From an uncultured cyanobacterium (GTDB lineage: Bacteria > Cyanobacteriota > Cyanobacteriia > CAKZMO01), in contig CAVRCJ010000001.1 in NCBI GenBank assembly GCA_963719515.1, positions 192,001-256,000 on the forward strand: a DNA stretch of 64,000 nucleotides, read 5' to 3'. How positions within the stretch are numbered: the stretch's first letter is position 1; each line of letters begins with the position of its first letter. Position numbers and translations under genes: made by a program. This document shows positions 32,137-41,598 of the stretch, piece by piece. The notes under the pieces are model-generated. The model was not told the origin of the DNA, ran no database searches, and saw only the letters and a program-made list of their open reading frames with translations.

Positions 32137-32400
32137 AGGGTAGAGGCTAAGCGTATTGGGCTGACGTAGATGCTGAGCAGATAATGGACATAGAGCAGCG
32201 GGCTTTTGCCCGTCTAAATTCGAGCCTGAATGAGGCGGCTAACGCAGAGCATTCATTATCTCTCAACTGTAATGAATTGTTAAGTGCCGAGGAAATCCGA
32301 GACGTCACTCTACCTGAGGCCATCGCTAAAACTAGTCTATTGAGGCACACTAGAGTACTAAGCTGTTTTGTCCGCCGGGATACTCAATAGATAGTTCACT

Positions 32401-33219
32401 ATGATTTGGCCGTTTACGCCCCGATTCCGCAAGCAAGTTGCTCGAATTGAAGTTACTGGAGCGATCGCAGGATCAACGCGCAAGCGCGTCCTTGAAGCCT
32501 TAGAAGAAGTCAAAGACCGCAAATTTCCGGCGCTGCTGCTGCGCATTGACAGCCCCGGCGGCACCGTCGGAGACTCCCAGGAAATCTACTCCGCCCTAAA
32601 GCGCCTGCAGGAGAGCGTTAAGGTGGTCGCGAGCTTCGGCAATATCTCCGCCTCGGGCGGGGTCTACATCGGCATGGGCGCTCAGCACATCGTGGCCAAC
32701 CCGGGCACCATCACCGGCAGCATTGGGGTCATTTTGCGGGGCAACAACCTCGAAGAGCTGCTGGATAAAGTAGGGGTGTCCTTTAAAGTTATCAAATCTG
32801 GTCCTTACAAAGATATTTTGGCCTTCGACCGCGAGCTAACGCCGCCGGAGCAGGATATCCTGCAAGAGCTGATCGACACGAGCTACCTGCAGTTCGTAGA
32901 TACGGTTGCTGAGGCCCGAGGACTGAGCGTCGAGGCCGTCAAGGCGTTTGCGGATGGCCGAATCTTTACCGGACAGCAGGCTGTAGAGCTAGGCGTGGTT
33001 GACCGTTTGGGCACTGAAGAGGACGCACGGCGGTGGGCAGCGGAGCTAGCAGGGCTCGACCCAGAGAAGACGGAAGTTTATACTCTAGAAGAACCCAAAT
33101 CTTTGGTCAGTCGGCTTCTGTCAAGAAATCAGCTGTATTCTGCCGCCTCGGTGGGTGTCAACTGGTTAGAGTTTGAGATTCAGACCAGCGGTCTACCGCT
33201 GTGGCTCTACCGTCCTTAG
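32401..33219 (+). CDS. sppA: Signal peptide peptidase SppA (short 36K type)
   Basis: LRIDSPGG, SASGGVY, TGSIGV, KSGPYKD. Confidence 0.95.
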   Translation: MIWPFTPRFRKQVARIEVTGAIAGSTRKRVLEALEEVKDRKFPALLLRIDSPGGTVGDSQEIYSALKRLQESVKVVASFGNISASGGVYIGMGAQHIVANPGTITGSIGVILRGNNLEELLDKVGVSFKVIKSGPYKDILAFDRELTPPEQDILQELIDTSYLQFVDTVAEARGLSVEAVKAFADGRIFTGQQAVELGVVDRLGTEEDARRWAAELAGLDPEKTEVYTLEEPKSLVSRLLSRNQLYSAASVGVNWLEFEIQTSGLPLWLYRP

Positions 33220-33257
33220 GGGGACTGCCAGTAGTATTAAACTAACAGTCGTGGCGT

Positions 33258-33680
33258 ATGGAGAATAGGCGTGTGGAGTGGAAGGTCAAAGCAATTCGGG
33301 GGGCGACCACTGCCTCAGAGAACACGGTTGAGGCGATACGAGAGGCGGTTACCGAACTCGTCACCTTGCTAGAGGCATACAATCAAATCGACGCTGACCA
33401 GATTATCAGCACCACCTTCTCGGTGACCCGAGACCTAGATGCGGCTTTTCCAGCAGCGATCGCCCGCGAGCGGTCCCACTGGCAAGACGTGCCTATGATC
33501 GACCTGCAGCAGATGCACGTCGAGGGTAGCCTAGAGCGCTGCATTCGAGTGCTGATCCACGTCAATAGACCCACCACCGCGCCTCCCGTTCACCACACCT
33601 ATCTCCGGCAGGCCAGCGAGCTGCGCCCCGAGTGGAGTCTGGCCCAGCTGACGATGGAGAGCAATCGCAGCTCTGTGTAG
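33258..33680 (+). CDS. aroH: Chorismate mutase, AroH class
   Basis: AIRGATT, DLDAAFPAAIAR, LERCIRVLIH. Confidence 0.95.
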   Translation: MENRRVEWKVKAIRGATTASENTVEAIREAVTELVTLLEAYNQIDADQIISTTFSVTRDLDAAFPAAIARERSHWQDVPMIDLQQMHVEGSLERCIRVLIHVNRPTTAPPVHHTYLRQASELRPEWSLAQLTMESNRSSV

Positions 33681-34010
33681 CGCTGTCGGGCCGGTCTGCT
33701 GTCACGAGGCGGCAGCGCATGGTCTAGCGTTCTGCCGCACGACGGCCTCATAAGAAAAACGACGATTAGACTGCTCCAATCGCCGAACTCACCTTAGACA
33801 ACTACACTGGCCTGAACAATGCGTTAACCCGGTGGAGGGGGGTGCGGCCTGTCAGGCAAAGTTAGCAGACGCGCTCTGAACTCAATTCCCCGGAGCTTTA
33901 CCTCAAAGGACGCGATCGCCGCCAATTTGTTTCAGTCGGCGCTTCTTTTTCCTGCAGTTATTTTTCAGACTGCCAGAAACTGGTGGCAGAGCAGCCTGAG
34001 TGCAATCCCC

Positions 34011-34559
34011 GTGACTAAACAACTTCACATCCAGCCCGCCAACCTGTCCGCCGCCCAGCAGCTAGCACAGTTTGCCGAGCAGGCATTCCGTGACGCATTC
34101 GCCGACGACAGCTCGCCCGACGATATGGAGACGTACATCCGCGAGTCGTTCTCCCTTAGCCGCATCCAGTCCGAGCTGGCAGACGAGGCCAACCGATTTT
34201 TTGTGGCGGTTAGCCCTGACGACGCCCTGGTGGGCTACGCCAAGCTTCGAGCCGGAACGCTAGACCCGAGCGTGTCGGGCTCAAATCCAATCGAGCTTGA
34301 GCGGATCTACGTGGGCCAAAGCGCGATTGGCTGTGGGGTGGGTGCCGCGCTCATGCAGGCGAGCCTCACTGCTGCTCGGCTAGACGGATACCGTACCCTG
34401 TGGCTGGGGGTATGGGAGCGAAACCACCGGGCGATCGCTTTCTATAAGCGGTGGGGATTTGAGGTCGTGGGGGACCATGTGTTTCGGCTCGGCTCAGAAG
34501 ATCAAACGGACCTGGTCATGGAGCGGCCCGTGGCTCCTTCCGGCGACTGTATTGTGTGA
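34011..34559 (+). CDS. GNAT N-acetyltransferase (PaiA-like)
   Basis: ELERIYV, GCGVGAALM, LWLGVWERNHRAIAFYKRWGF; GTG start at 34011 inferred. Confidence 0.88.
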   Translation: MTKQLHIQPANLSAAQQLAQFAEQAFRDAFADDSSPDDMETYIRESFSLSRIQSELADEANRFFVAVSPDDALVGYAKLRAGTLDPSVSGSNPIELERIYVGQSAIGCGVGAALMQASLTAARLDGYRTLWLGVWERNHRAIAFYKRWGFEVVGDHVFRLGSEDQTDLVMERPVAPSGDCIV

Positions 34560-34638
34560 CACAACAGCGGAGCCGGTGCTCGCCCATACTGAAGGGCAAC
34601 TTTTAAGGTCGTTGATCCTATCGCCCGAGTCAAGTCTA

Positions 34639-35313
34639 ATGCGGCTGCTGTTGGTTGAGGATGATGTTCAGCTTGCAGACTCGCTGACCGAAATTCTAGA
34701 GTCTCAGCACTATATTGTCGATACCGTCAAAGACGGTGAATCCGGCTGGTGCCAAATGCAGCTGATGGAGTATGACCTAACGCTGCTGGACGTCACCTTG
34801 CCCTGCCTAGACGGCATTCGGCTATGTCAGCGTATTCGGGGGCAGGGGTACGGGCTGCCGGTGCTGATGTTGACGGCCCGCGACACCAGCGAAGACAAGG
34901 TGCGGGGCCTGGACTCGGGGGCGGATGCCTACATGGTGAAGCCCTTTGACCTATCCGAGCTGCTGGCGCAGATCAGGGCATTGCTGCGCCGGGGTGGCTC
35001 GCCCCTCGCGAAGCGGCTGACCTGGAAAGAGCTGACGCTGGATCCAAGCACCTACGACGTGAGCTACGGCAGGCGGCCACTGCGGTTGACGCCCAAGGAG
35101 TTCTCTATCCTAGAGCTGTTGATGCGCAACGGACGGCGCGTTCTGAGTCGGGCCTTTGTTTTACAGTCGTTGTGGTCGATGCAAAGCCCGCCGGATGAGG
35201 AAACGATCAAGGCCCACATTAAGAGTTTGCGCTACAAGCTCAAGTCAGTGGGGGCACCTAAGGCATTGATTGAAACGGTCCACGGGGTAGGCTACCGGCT
35301 GCAGCAGCCCTAA
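34639..35313 (+). CDS. OmpR/PhoB-family response regulator
   Basis: MRLLLVEDD, LLDVTLP, MLTARD, KPF, winged helix ETVHGVGYRL; real start ATG 34639. Confidence 0.93.
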   Translation: MRLLLVEDDVQLADSLTEILESQHYIVDTVKDGESGWCQMQLMEYDLTLLDVTLPCLDGIRLCQRIRGQGYGLPVLMLTARDTSEDKVRGLDSGADAYMVKPFDLSELLAQIRALLRRGGSPLAKRLTWKELTLDPSTYDVSYGRRPLRLTPKEFSILELLMRNGRRVLSRAFVLQSLWSMQSPPDEETIKAHIKSLRYKLKSVGAPKALIETVHGVGYRLQQP

Positions 35314-36066
35314 TCGATCTGCGGCAGCGTCACCTGGAAGGTGGTGCCCTGCCCCACGGCGCTGCGATACGTCAGCGTCCCGTGGTGGAGCCGCAGGCAG
35401 GCGTTGACCACCGACAGCCCCAACCCCGTTCCCCCAACCTCACCCACGTTTCTCCCTCGGTAAAAGGCCTGGTAAAGGCGATCGCGATCGCGCTTGGGGA
35501 TGCCAATGCCCTGGTCCTGCACTTCAAAGATAATTTGGTGGGACTGACGGGTGAGGGTGAGGGTCACCTGGGGGACAGGGCCAGAATACTTCACGGCGTT
35601 GGAGAGCAGGTTGGTCAAAATCGCCCGCAGCAGCTAGGGGTCAAGGTAGGCTTTGGCGTCACCGCTCGGTGATTTGGGCGGTGGGGCTGGTTTGGGCGCG
35701 GAGGGCGGCTTCAAAGCTGGGGCGATCGCCGTTGGTGATGACGGGAGCCCATTCGAGGGCCTGGATGCCGGGGTAGGTGGCCAAAGCGCGCTGCACAAAG
35801 GCGTTGAAGCGATCGCGGGGAATGGGCTCTGGCGAGACGCGGTAGAAGTCGCCGAGGGCCAGCAGTACGTCGGTGTAGCGGTTGAGGCTGCGCTGCAGGG
35901 CGGTGGTGAGGCTGTCGGTTTGGCGCTGGAACTGGAGGCGATCGTGGGCCTGCTCCCAGCGGGCGACGGCCAGGCTGGCGGCGATCGATAGGCTGGTGCC
36001 GAGGAGGAGGGAGAAGGCGATTGGGGGGGTGAGGCGATGGAGGTATCGCAAGGGCGATCGCGGCAT
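35310..36066 (-). pseudogene. CHASE-domain sensor histidine kinase with large internal deletion
   Basis: TM + start of CHASE (ALEWAP) joined out of frame at ~35660 to HATPase_c (NLLSNAVKYS, DQGIGIP, GTGLGL); additional in-frame TAG; no HisKA H-box. Confidence 0.85.
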
Positions 36067-36179
36067 GGCGAGTAGCGATGGAGATATCGCGGGGGCGTTG
36101 GGTGTTGGGCGATCGGGGCGGTTGGGGCGATCGAGGTGTTGGGGCGGGTTTGGCTGGGAGGTTTTGGGATGTTCAGATA

Positions 36180-37350
36180 TGTTACTGCTAAACCCGCCTG
36201 TACGGTGGGGAGGGGCGGTTGGGGAATTGGGAAATTAGGGGCGGCGGGATTTTTGTTGCCATGCGGTGGGGTTGGCCTGGATATAGCGTTGGATGTTTTG
36301 CATGGCGATCGTGTCGCGAATGATGCGTTCGTAGAAGTTGCGCTGCCAGACGGAGAGTCCTGGCGTTTGGCGGATTTGGTTGATGCGTCGGGTGGAGAAT
36401 GTCTTGAAGCCGCGAATGATTTCGGAAATGCTGTGACGCTTTGGGCGATTCTCCTGCGGAGATGCTGCGCAAACGCCTTTTGAAGGGGGCAGATCCATGC
36501 TGGACGGGTCGTGGTCGAGAATCAAGATACCATGCATGTGGTCGGGCATGATGATGAATTCGTCGAGGGTTAGATGCCGATGGTGTTTTGGTAGTTTCAT
36601 CCAGTGGCCTCGGGCGGTTCGTCCGATCTGGTTGAGCTGCATTTCGCCGTTGATGACTTTGCCAAAGAGGCGATCGCGCCGGTAGGCGCAGATGGTAATG
36701 AAGTAGGCTCCGGCGGAGGTGTAGTCGTAGCCTTTGAGGCGGATTGAGCGGCGGTGGTGTCTTTGGGGGTCGTATTTCATGAGTTGGCGTTTGGATGCAT
36801 CCGTTTGCAGGATGCCCAAATGGCGCGAATCGCGAGAGGGGAGGATGGGCGATGAGAATTTCGGAGGGGCGAGATGGGCGATCGCGTGGTGCGTGGATGG
36901 GGGATGGGAATTTCGGAGGGGCGAAAGGGGCGATCGCGCGGTACGTGGATGGGCGATGAAAATTTCGGAGGGGCGGGTTTGGCAGTAACGTTTTGGGCTG
37001 TTCCGATAGTTGCGGCTAAACCCGCCCGTACGGTGTGTGGAGGGGCGTTTGGGGGGATGAATTCGTGGGGCGATCGCGCGCAGCGAATTTATCGTATTCA
37101 TTGCAGAATGATGGAGGGGCGATAAAAGTTTCGTCGGGGTGGGATGGCGATCGCGTGGCGCATGGATGGGCGAGGGGAATTTTGGAAGGGCGAGAGGGGC
37201 GATCGCGCGGCGTATGGATGGGCGATGAGAATTTCGGAGGGGCGGGTTTTGCAGTAACGTTTTGGGCTGTTCCGATAGTTGCGGCTAAACCCGCCCGTAC
37301 GGTGTGTGGAGGGGCGTTTGAGGGGATAAATTCATGGGGCGGTCGCGTCG
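36180..37350. repeat. REP/REPIN-like repeats flanking the RAYT, including a tandemly duplicated unit
   Basis: GGGCGGGTTT..GC / GCTAAACCCGCCCGTAC inverted pairs at ~36970-37032 and ~37240-37300; half copy at 36187-36203; near-identical blocks ~36945-37080 and ~37215-37350. Confidence 0.8.
36235..36780 (-). CDS. REP-associated tyrosine transposase (RAYT, Y1/HUH)
   Basis: MKYDPQRHHRRSIRLKGYDY, YFITIC, IMPDHMHGIL (HUH), WQRNFYERIIRD; start ATG 36780. Confidence 0.9.
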   Translation of the reverse strand: MKYDPQRHHRRSIRLKGYDYTSAGAYFITICAYRRDRLFGKVINGEMQLNQIGRTARGHWMKLPKHHRHLTLDEFIIMPDHMHGILILDHDPSSMDLPPSKGVCAASPQENRPKRHSISEIIRGFKTFSTRRINQIRQTPGLSVWQRNFYERIIRDTIAMQNIQRYIQANPTAWQQKSRRP

Positions 37351-37414
37351 ATGCATCATGGAATTTGGCGTTCGTGTAGCGAATGCGCAGCATTATCGCG
37401 TAGCATTTATCGCA

Positions 37415-37687
37415 TCAGGGCATTTTTGATTTGGAAGATGGCATCGGATGAGGGGGCGAGGCTTCCGTTGATCCAGCGGTTGATGTTGTAGGCGGCGGCG
37501 CGAAGATGATGATGAAGGTGGCGTGGGGGATGAGGCGACGTAGGGTGCGGCAGTGGGCGTCGGCGTCGTTGCGTTTGCGGAAGCGGGCGACGGTGATGCG
37601 CTGGGCGTTTGGCAGCAGGCGGATGATGCACCAGGGGTGGAGCTGCTGGCGGTAGGATTCTGCGGCGAGGCGAGATGTTGGTACCAT
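37415..37687 (-). CDS. Small conserved cyanobacterial hypothetical protein (YRQQLHPWCIIRLLP family); 3' end runs into an HTH remnant
   Basis: HPWCIIRLLPNAQRITVARFRKRNDADAH; another frame near 37407-37495 reads NINRWINGSLAPSSDAIFQIKNAL. Confidence 0.65.
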   Translation of the reverse strand: MVPTSRLAAESYRQQLHPWCIIRLLPNAQRITVARFRKRNDADAHCRTLRRLIPHATFIIIFAPPPTTSTAGSTEASPPHPMPSSKSKMP

Positions 37688-37784
37688 GGGGGAATATTCC
37701 CCGCTTTTGCGGGGTTTGAGAGATGGCAACTGCCCGAAACTTGCCGGTGGGAGACAGTTGCCTTTGTGTTGCATAAGTCTCATT

Positions 37785-37810
37785 CAAATACGAGTATTCG
37801 TATTTGTCAA
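37785..37810. promoter_or_regulatory. Palindromic operator overlapping a minus-strand TTGACA -35 box
   Basis: CAAATACGA-GTAT-TCGTATTTG (37785-37806); TGTCAA at 37805-37810. Confidence 0.7.
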
Positions 37811-37816
37811 GGCGGT

Positions 37817-38029
37817 ATGGGTAAGATTCGCTTGCGGATTAAGGCGCTGGTTAAGGAGCGGGGATGGACGATGAAGGAGGTTGCGAGGCGGGCGGACATT
37901 CCTTACACGACGGTTGCGACCTACGCCAATTCTCCGGGTATGGCGACGGTGGATTATACCGCGCTGCATAAGCTGGCTCGGGTGTTCGAGATTTCTGTTG
38001 AGGAGCTGGTGGAGATTGTGGAGGAGTAA
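37817..38029 (+). CDS. XRE/Cro-C1 helix-turn-helix regulator (70 aa)
   Basis: MGKIRLRIKALVKERGWTMKEVARRADIPYTTV...KLARVFEISVEELV. Confidence 0.88.
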   Translation: MGKIRLRIKALVKERGWTMKEVARRADIPYTTVATYANSPGMATVDYTALHKLARVFEISVEELVEIVEE

Positions 38030-38164
38030 GCGGCAGTTCTATCTGAGAATGGCTGTAAATTGCTGATTTGCCGGATGAGTTGGGGCCTGTGGAGCCGTAG
38101 GGGTGAGGGAGGCGATTGCCTGAACGAACCTATCACGCGAGGTTGCCGAATATCAGGAGATATA

Positions 38165-39424
38165 GTGAGTCGATCAATTCCTCAAATTGTGTCTGATTGG
38201 AAAAGAACTCTCCTCCTAGACATACAGCCCAGCTACAAGGTATGGCAGCAGCGCTTCATGCATCAACGTCTTGTCATAGCGATCACGTTAACGCTGGGAA
38301 TTTATATCGTCCTCACTCTATTGCGCCTTATTACTGCTTCTACATCCCTTGCTCCTACTCCTGGTTGGCTTTCTATGGCACTTTTGGTGCAGCTCTCACT
38401 GTTGTTTTGCTTGTTATTACTACGCTTTCCTTTAGGCCGTCAACACCCCGAACTAATATTTCTAGCCGCGTCTTTGACGGTCACGCTGTTGGAACAAATA
38501 TGGGCTACACTTAACGGCTTTGCTTATGCTGGGCTACGCTCTTGGACGCTAGTTTTTCTTGTTCAGAGCACACTTATACCCATACGCTGGCCGCTTCATC
38601 TATTGTCTCAATCAATAGTGCTTATATACTTTTATGCCGTCAATATGGCACTCGATTTGCCCCTGGCCAACGACACTTTAGAGTGGAACTCTCGCCAAAC
38701 TATTTATATATTCTGCTTTTGTGGAATATCTACTCTATCAGTATATTTTTACGATCGTCTTCGGTGGAACGAGTTTAAGACCCAGCAAGTGCTAAAAGCG
38801 CAAAAAAATCGCTCTGAGCAGCTACTGTTCAATATCTTGCCTCAGGTGATAGCAGAAGAAAATATAAGCTCAGATAGCTTTGCGGAAGCTACAGTGCTAT
38901 TTGCAGATATTGTGGGTTTTGCTCAGAAGGCACCGAGTATATTACCTCACAAAACTGTAGATCTACTCAATCAAATATTTTCTATCTTCGATCAGCTCGC
39001 AGTACAGTATAAGCTAGAGACAGTTAAGGCTATCGGTAATGCGTATATCGTCGTAGGAGGCATCACCGCCGACAATTCAAATCATGCCGAGATGATTGCA
39101 GATATGGCATTGGCCATGCGGAAGGCATTTGTAAAACTAAGTCGTGAGCAAGGATATACCTTGAAACTTCGTATTGGCATCAATACTGGCCCTGTCTTTG
39201 CCACTATTATAGGGCGTAGCCGTTTTGTCTATGACATTTCAGGAGACACTGTTGACATTGCTAACTACATGGAGTCTAAAGGAGAGCCAGGAGCTATTCA
39301 GGTAACTGAAGCGGTATTGCTCTGTCTAGGCAACAATCGCTACCGTGTAGAGGAACGTGGACTAGTATATGTTGAAGAAGTAAAAGAAAATGTGCTTACC
39401 TACTGGCTCACAGGTAAAGTTTAG
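38165..39424 (+). CDS. Membrane-bound class III adenylate/guanylate cyclase-like protein with degenerate active site
   Basis: ~6 TM helices, SEQLLFNILP, ATVLFADIVGF, LRIGINTGPV; GTG start after AGGAGA inferred. Confidence 0.88.
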   Translation: MSRSIPQIVSDWKRTLLLDIQPSYKVWQQRFMHQRLVIAITLTLGIYIVLTLLRLITASTSLAPTPGWLSMALLVQLSLLFCLLLLRFPLGRQHPELIFLAASLTVTLLEQIWATLNGFAYAGLRSWTLVFLVQSTLIPIRWPLHLLSQSIVLIYFYAVNMALDLPLANDTLEWNSRQTIYIFCFCGISTLSVYFYDRLRWNEFKTQQVLKAQKNRSEQLLFNILPQVIAEENISSDSFAEATVLFADIVGFAQKAPSILPHKTVDLLNQIFSIFDQLAVQYKLETVKAIGNAYIVVGGITADNSNHAEMIADMALAMRKAFVKLSREQGYTLKLRIGINTGPVFATIIGRSRFVYDISGDTVDIANYMESKGEPGAIQVTEAVLLCLGNNRYRVEERGLVYVEEVKENVLTYWLTGKV

Positions 39425-39470
39425 AAATCAAAAACTTTTCTGAACACTATTACCTTTCATCTCAGCAAGT

Positions 39471-40208
39471 CTAGCTTTTGTATCTGGCTTCCCAAAAAGC
39501 AGTGTATTCATACGCCCACCACCGTCTTGGTGGGGATACGTGAGAGTTGATTTCTTGATAAGCTTTACCATTGTTTCTAGCATAGGAGGCCATGTGCTGG
39601 GCATAATTCAGGAGTGCTGAATATTCCTTAAGTGGGCTAGCGAGGTTGAGAATTAAAGTCGATATACGATTCAAGTCCGCCAAATCGTGCTTGTAGGTAT
39701 AAGAAAGAGCTTGACCTAGTTCTTGAGCCGCTTGAGCCGGCTGACTGTACGCCAACGCTCCCCACCGCTGCACCTGAATATACTCTTGTGATGTCAGTTC
39801 ACTGCTATGAAGCTGTTCCTCAACATAATCGAGAGTAAACTCTGCTAATTCTCGAATACGATCGCTACCAAATTGGGGATCGGCTTCTAAGATATGCAAT
39901 AGTGCTTGTCGCAAGCGTGGCTTCATTTCATAGAGGTCGTATCCCACGGATTCACAAAGACCCGATGCCACCAACAGATCGGTTACCGACTCCCATGGAA
40001 TTGGCTCTAGTTCTCCTTGAAACTCATCTCGGATATTACCCCAAATCCGATAGAGTAAGTCAGGCGTCAATGATATGGGAAATGCTGCATGGCAAGCCAG
40101 CCTTAAGCAAGCTTCACCGTAGCGTTCAGCAAAAGTCTGAATGTACGTCTGCGAATCTTCGGATGTTGAAATCTCATCATTTTTATACCGAACAGAGTTG
40201 CGTATCAC
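39471..40208 (-). CDS. vWA-MoxR ternary-system downstream helical-domain protein, no evident effector domain
   Basis: LACHAAFPISLTPDLLYRIW...LCESVGYDLYEM motif recalled from cyanobacterial MoxR-vWA operons; coupled to the vWA stop. Confidence 0.7.
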   Translation of the reverse strand: MIRNSVRYKNDEISTSEDSQTYIQTFAERYGEACLRLACHAAFPISLTPDLLYRIWGNIRDEFQGELEPIPWESVTDLLVASGLCESVGYDLYEMKPRLRQALLHILEADPQFGSDRIRELAEFTLDYVEEQLHSSELTSQEYIQVQRWGALAYSQPAQAAQELGQALSYTYKHDLADLNRISTLILNLASPLKEYSALLNYAQHMASYARNNGKAYQEINSHVSPPRRWWAYEYTAFWEARYKS

Positions 40209-41578
40209 GGATCTAATTTTGTCTTGCTTTTGCGACCACGTAGAACATCAATCGCTGAGCTTAACCCAGCACGATTGCATCCAAACATAGGAATCATCTG
40301 AGCAACTTCCGCTGCCGTTGTGCCGGTCCATCGCTGCTTTGGCATCGGGTTGAGCCAGGCAGCATAGCGCACTCGCTGAAACAAAATGTCAAGGAAGGTT
40401 TGGGTTTCTTCAATGCGATATGGGCTATAACCTCGGCGAGCTGCCCCTGCATCGCTAATAATTAACGTACTCAACTGCCGCAAGGGTAGTTGGTCAAAGA
40501 CATCATCTAAAGATTCCTCTTCTAAACAAATGGCGTCATGATAAAGGTATCCTACTGGACAATTGTGAAAGTAATAGACGTGAGTCATTCTAAAACGTCC
40601 ACCGCGCTGAGCTGTAGTCACCAAGCGTTCTGTCAGTTTATGAGATGGTATCATCGAGCCGCCCTGGTCTACCAACAACAGTAATGTGGCGCGATTAGTT
40701 CGGGGCGGCATCAACACCGGACTAAGAAAGATTCCCTGTTGGCCCACCTGCTGAATCGTTGCCGCCACATCAAGCTCAGTCGGTGTCCCCTCCCGCACAG
40801 GCCGGGAGAGATGGCGCCAAATCTGCTTCATTTGACGCTGAGTAATAGGAAAATATTGCCTCATTGTCAGAAAGCGAGTTGGCCTATGCTGAATCAAGCG
40901 CTGGTTGATCTGAGCTGCTTCAATTTCATCATCAATCGCCTGTGTTCCTCGAGAGAACTTGCTTGGCCGGGGCCGATATGGCTTTGCAGACGGTCTCTTC
41001 AGTCGCTGCTTAATCAGCGATGCCGTTATAAGTGATCCTACTGAAACAGCAATAAAGCTAATTAGGAGCGGCAATGCGGGAACATCGGAAACGGGCCGAC
41101 CTACCGGTATACCTGGTGCAGGAGCCTCGACGGTCGTCGATTGCTCTCGGTTTGCCTGCCAAAGTATCATCCCGACTCCTGCCCCAACTGCGAGAGATGT
41201 TGCAAAAAAAATTGAAGTCGAGCGAATAGAAAAATCATTGGGTGGTAGAACCGGCATCTGCGAAACTGCAGCCTGCTCAACTTCAAGTGGCATTAGCTGC
41301 TCAATGTGATATATCAGCTGCCGCTTTTCCTCCTCTGTCTTCGCCCACAGCGTCTCACACAGCCGCAGCAAAGCATCGCGATCGCCCACCCCAAACCCCT
41401 TACTCATCGCCTTTAGCGCCAGCTGATACTCATCAATCCCCAGCGGCATCCCGCTATCCCGCAGTCGAGTAAATAGCTCCAGCAGTGGCAAAGCATCAAC
41501 ATTCTCTGACTCCCCTCTCCCAAGGTTGGGAGAGGGGCTGGGGGTGAGGGCCTCAAAAGGTTTTTGAATGCGGACCAT
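40205..41578 (-). CDS. vWA (CoxE-like) domain protein with two inserted TM helices
   Basis: LLELFTRLR..GMPLGIDEY, LLLVDQGGSM, YYFHNCP, ISDAGAARRG, AWLNPMP. Confidence 0.85.
   Translation of the reverse strand: MVRIQKPFEALTPSPSPNLGRGESENVDALPLLELFTRLRDSGMPLGIDEYQLALKAMSKGFGVGDRDALLRLCETLWAKTEEEKRQLIYHIEQLMPLEVEQAAVSQMPVLPPNDFSIRSTSIFFATSLAVGAGVGMILWQANREQSTTVEAPAPGIPVGRPVSDVPALPLLISFIAVSVGSLITASLIKQRLKRPSAKPYRPRPSKFSRGTQAIDDEIEAAQINQRLIQHRPTRFLTMRQYFPITQRQMKQIWRHLSRPVREGTPTELDVAATIQQVGQQGIFLSPVLMPPRTNRATLLLLVDQGGSMIPSHKLTERLVTTAQRGGRFRMTHVYYFHNCPVGYLYHDAICLEEESLDDVFDQLPLRQLSTLIISDAGAARRGYSPYRIEETQTFLDILFQRVRYAAWLNPMPKQRWTGTTAAEVAQMIPMFGCNRAGLSSAIDVLRGRKSKTKLDP
41512..41551. repeat. Cyanobacterial dispersed hairpin repeat CCCCTCTCCCAA-GG-TTGGGAGAGGGG-CTGGGGGTGAGGGC
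   Basis: 12-bp perfect stem; related copy at ~56278-56340. Confidence 0.75.
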
Positions 41579-41598
41579 TGCCAAGTCTCCAATTAGCG

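Noticed and set aside
32267..32283. Possible RpaB/HLR1-like direct repeat upstream of sppA
   Set aside because: Several mismatches to the consensus; unsupported without comparative data.
36830..37350. RAYT-flanking repeats as CRISPR or as real ORFs
   Set aside because: Units are duplicated wholesale without unique spacers; overlapping ORFs are low-complexity translations of repeats.
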